Assembly (NCBI GenBank): GCA_009103225.1
Contig: RHPI01003369.1
Span: forward strand, 565,500 to 629,499
DNA from: Chlorokybus atmophyticus
Lineage: Eukaryota > Plantae > Mesostigma and Chlorokybus algae
Direction: 5' to 3'
DNA length: 64,000 nt
Made by a program: the position numbers and the translations under genes. Position 1 is the stretch's first letter. The number at the start of each line of letters is the position of its first letter. The notes under the pieces are model-generated. The model saw only the letters and a program-made list of their open reading frames with translations, had not been told where the DNA came from and searched no databases. This document shows, piece after piece, positions 60,600 through 64,000 of this stretch.

Positions 60600-63500
60600 A
60601 TGGGGGAGGTTCAGGCCGAGGCGGCGGCGGCAGGGCCGTCGTCCGCGAAGCAGCGCAGGCCGTCTTCGGCGTCGACCGCGCCGCAGCCGGGTCCTCAGGA
60701 GCAAGCACTGAAGGCGGAGAAGGCTCAGCAGCAGCAGCCGCAACCGACGCCTTCTCCTGCGTCTCAGCAGCAGCAGCAACAGCGGCCACACAGTTTGCCC
60801 AGCAGCTTGAGGGTGTTGCTGGTCGAGCATGACCCCTCTACTTGCCATATTGTAGCAGCTCTCCTGCGCAACTGCAGTTACTGCGGTAAGTACTTTTTGG
60901 AGTCTTGTGTTTGTGTTAGCAGAATGCTCAATGTTGTCAGCTGTAGGATGTTCCGAGCTGTTGAGCGGGCATACGACATAGAGCTGCCACCGCAGATTGT
61001 CAGCCTTTGTCAACGAAAACCGGTTGTGCATTGACTAAAAGCCACAGTTGTATGCCATTCGCGGTAGGCAGTGTACGCAGCCATGTAGCTGGTGTAGGGA
61101 CTGGATTGCCAGCCAGCTTTGCATAGCATTCAGCTATCAGAGTCGCAAGTGCTGACTGCATTGCCAACTCGGACAAAAACCCGTAAGCACAAGGCCTGCA
61201 TAGGGGCAGCCTCCCAGCAGCGCCCAACCCCATGACTGCAGGGGTAGTTGTGTTTCTTATCTTGATATTTGCCTTGGTTGAGTGCCTCTCCCTTATGAAA
61301 TGCTGCAGCTCATACTGATTTTGATTTGCGTACAGTGACTGTGGCGCATACTGGGCAGCAGGCGTTAGAGCTTATCCAGCAGGACAATGGAGAGCATGTT
61401 GACCTCGTGCTGTGCGAGGTTGGTACTCCAACAGCATGCATGCCGAGCACCTCATTGCCATGGTTGCTGTGTTCAACACATGTCCCAGTGCCTGTCAAGT
61501 ACCAACAGTGGGTGATTCTACTGCAGGTGGGCATACCCGAAGCCGGGGGCATTGAGCTCTTGCAGCGCATTGTAGAAGGAGAGCGATCCCGATCAGTCTC
61601 AGTTGTCAGTAAGTATTGGCGGCAGACACATTTTTCACAGACAAGCGTGAAGCTGCACTTGGTTTACAGTGCTTGATATCAACAATACCTTTCTCATTGC
61701 TTACTTTGCGCACTTTTGCAGTGATGTCCTCAGCAGACTCGGCAGAGACTGTCATGCAGTGCATACAGCTCGGAGCCGCTGACTTCTTGCTAAAACCTGT
61801 TCGCAAAAATGAGCTGAAGAACCTCTGGCAGCATGTCTGGCGCCGTTCATTCTGGGTACGATTGTGCGCTAGACCGCCATCGCTTTACAGTATCACTCCT
61901 GTGCCAGCTCCCACTGCAGTTGCCCTGAGTTCTGATGTTGCGACGTTGAACAGCAAACCAGTGGCAGTGGGAGCGGTATCGGCACGGGCAGTGGCAGTGG
62001 CAGTGGCAACCTGAATAACTCAGGCTCAGGGTCCGACGGTGACGGCCAGAACAGGTCTGGCTCTGGTGGATCTGATGCCTTGAATGCTGGAGATGCTTGT
62101 CCAAACGGCAGCGATAATGGCTCTGACACCTTGAGTGGCAAGCCCATGGTGTTCGATCCAAACAAACCTGAGGTAGGCTTACCAGAACAGGCCCTGGATG
62201 ACTAAGCATGCTCTCTGTTGGCTGTTCAGCTTTGCTGAGTCTGCACTGTATTTGCAATTAAGAGATCTGCATGGTCAGCCAGTAATTGCTGTTGCTAAGT
62301 GTTTGAGCTCAACTCATGCAGGAAGTACCGGACGCTGATTGCGCGGCAACATCGACGGGACCACCTGAGGCGAATTCTCACAAGCGCAAGGAGACAATGC
62401 CACCACCAGAGCCCTCTCCCAAGCAGGCACGGGTGCACTCTCAGCACCTCCAACAAAAGCCGCATCAACCGCAGGCAGCTCACGGACAGCAGTCGATGTC
62501 AATACCACCGTTGCCACCCCAACACCATGCGTCAGAACTGTCCAGCCCAGAACGCCCCTCCCCACGCTCCACTAAACCAGTTCCTCAGAAGACACCTCCT
62601 GGTGTTCATAATGACTTCAACCTGAAAGCAAATTCGGCTGCCTCTAAAGACAATGAAGATGTGAAACCACAGCTTGGCAGTGCCGACAAGCGCCCATCTG
62701 CTTTCTCCGCTTACAGTGCTCCACAGAACGGCAGCAACTATTCACAGGTATAATCTTGCTGCCCAAGCTAGGTTGGTCCACTGGGTTGCTTGTCTCACTG
62801 TTACTGGTTGCAGCAGGCTGGAAGCAACAGCTACAAGAACGGCAATGGCAATGGCAGTGAAGCAACAAACGGTTACAAAAGCAACGGAAGCACAGCGCAT
62901 ACTGCAGAACATGGTCATCATTCTCACAGCCACGGCCATCATCAGCCCCAGCAACATCAACAGCAACATCATGACGCCCATGCCCACCCCCAGCATCATC
63001 ATGACCAACATTCCCACGGGCACCATGCAGCTCAGTCCAACGCCCCCCATACTGAGCGCGTTGAGCAGTCCCCGGATACAGCACATGACGCTGCTACTAG
63101 ACAACAGCACTTGGGACCCTTCAACATGCATCGCTACCACCAGATGCCAGCGGCAAACTATTACGCTGCAGGCCCTAGTATGCACGCGCACAAGCCTCAA
63201 TACCCCTGGACCCAGAACAATGTTGCTGCTCCAGATACTGCAGTGGGTGCGTCTCCACACGGATTTGGGGACGCGAGTGCCAGTCCAAGTGGTGAGGGCG
63301 ACGCCACCAATGCTGAGCCAGGAGGCAGTGGCAATGGAGGCAGTGGCGAGTCTGCTGTCACAGTCGCTGGCACTAGTCAAAGTGCGAGCCAAGCTGAGGA
63401 CGCCAAGAAGGCTCACTCCACGCCTGGCTCAGCACGCCGTGAAGCTGCACTTGATAAGTTTCGCAAGAAGCGCGAGCAGAGGTGTTTTGAAAAGAAGGTT

Positions 63501-63728
63501 CGCTACCAGAGCAGGTAACCAAGGCAGGCCTTTTATGAAAGCTGCCCTGTGTTGTGGTTATGGATGCAAAATTGAGATGACATGCGCGCCACAATCAACT
63601 CATGTCGTTGTTGTGGATTTGCTGTTGGCAGAAAATGGCTAGCAGAGCAGCGGCCGCGCGTACGTGGTCAGTTTGTCCGGCGCAACAAGTCGGAACCGGG
63701 TGAGGGCGGGGGTGAGGAGGCGATATAG
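60600..63728 (+). CDS. PRR: Pseudo-response regulator (PRR7/PRR37-like circadian clock protein): pseudo-receiver + CCT domain
   Basis: Receiver [26 protein letters not shown]...[10 protein letters not shown] (Asp->Glu at the phospho-acceptor)...[28 protein letters not shown] domain [42 protein letters not shown]. Stop TAG at 63726-63728. Confidence 0.95.
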
Positions 63729-64000
63729 TGGCTTGTGAATATAGTGGCTATTACTAATTATGTACCTCAAGACGAGAGGGTATATTGTTTGTGCGCGCCT
63801 AGTTTGGACTGGTGTACATGGCTTCTGTGCAGGCTGGGTTGCTGCTTATATCGCAGGCCAGTCTCTTGTGGATCTTAGTCAATTTTGATGCGCTATGGTG
63901 ACAGTTTCAGCCAGTCCCTGTACATATTGTAATGACAGATGTTGCTCGTTCTGAGGATAATGTCTGACGCTGATTGTTCCTGTACACGGAAAATAACGTA

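Noticed and set aside
62674-63642. Long overlapping ORFs (322 aa +, 224 aa -) over the PRR linker
   Set aside because: Off-frame and antisense shadows of the low-complexity PRR exon.

Overview
Eukaryotic nuclear DNA with short GT-AG introns, most consistent with an early-diverging green-plant (streptophyte-type) alga. This is inferred from gene content (BIG/UBR4, a plant-type pseudo-response regulator, chromovirus LTR elements), not established. Host genes fill both ends. Left end: RPS28 (-), an F-box gene (+), a MARVEL/CASP-like gene (-) and a 16-kb BIG/UBR4 gene (+). Right end: a CCDC137-like gene (-), an ascorbate-oxidase-like multicopper oxidase (+) and a PRR clock gene (+). The middle (~25.6-49.5 kb) is a nest of mobile elements whose junctions can be rebuilt base by base. 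A restriction-like-endonuclease (CRE/R2-type) non-LTR element contains Ty3/gypsy chromovirus A (26746-48869, -). A contains an unclassified 1.4-kb insert and chromovirus B (30471-44648, +, TSD GTACA). B contains a 1.45-kb AT-rich insert and a 6.5-kb TIR DNA transposon (34906-41394). That transposon is the main candidate for a novel system. It carries an intron-containing transposase with RAG1/Transib-like DDE, zinc and NBD-like motifs. Tail-to-tail with it, 75 nt away, is an intact 6-exon gene for a BAH-domain (chromatin-reader-like) protein. The layout parallels ProtoRAG (RAG1L + RAG2L) but with a different partner and CACTA-like ends. The second highlight is a multicopper oxidase with an intact type-1 Cu site but substituted type-2/type-3 ligands (HWHG->HFMG; HPWHLH->HPWYLH). 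All family assignments come from motifs read by eye and reference sequences recalled from memory; no database search was run.
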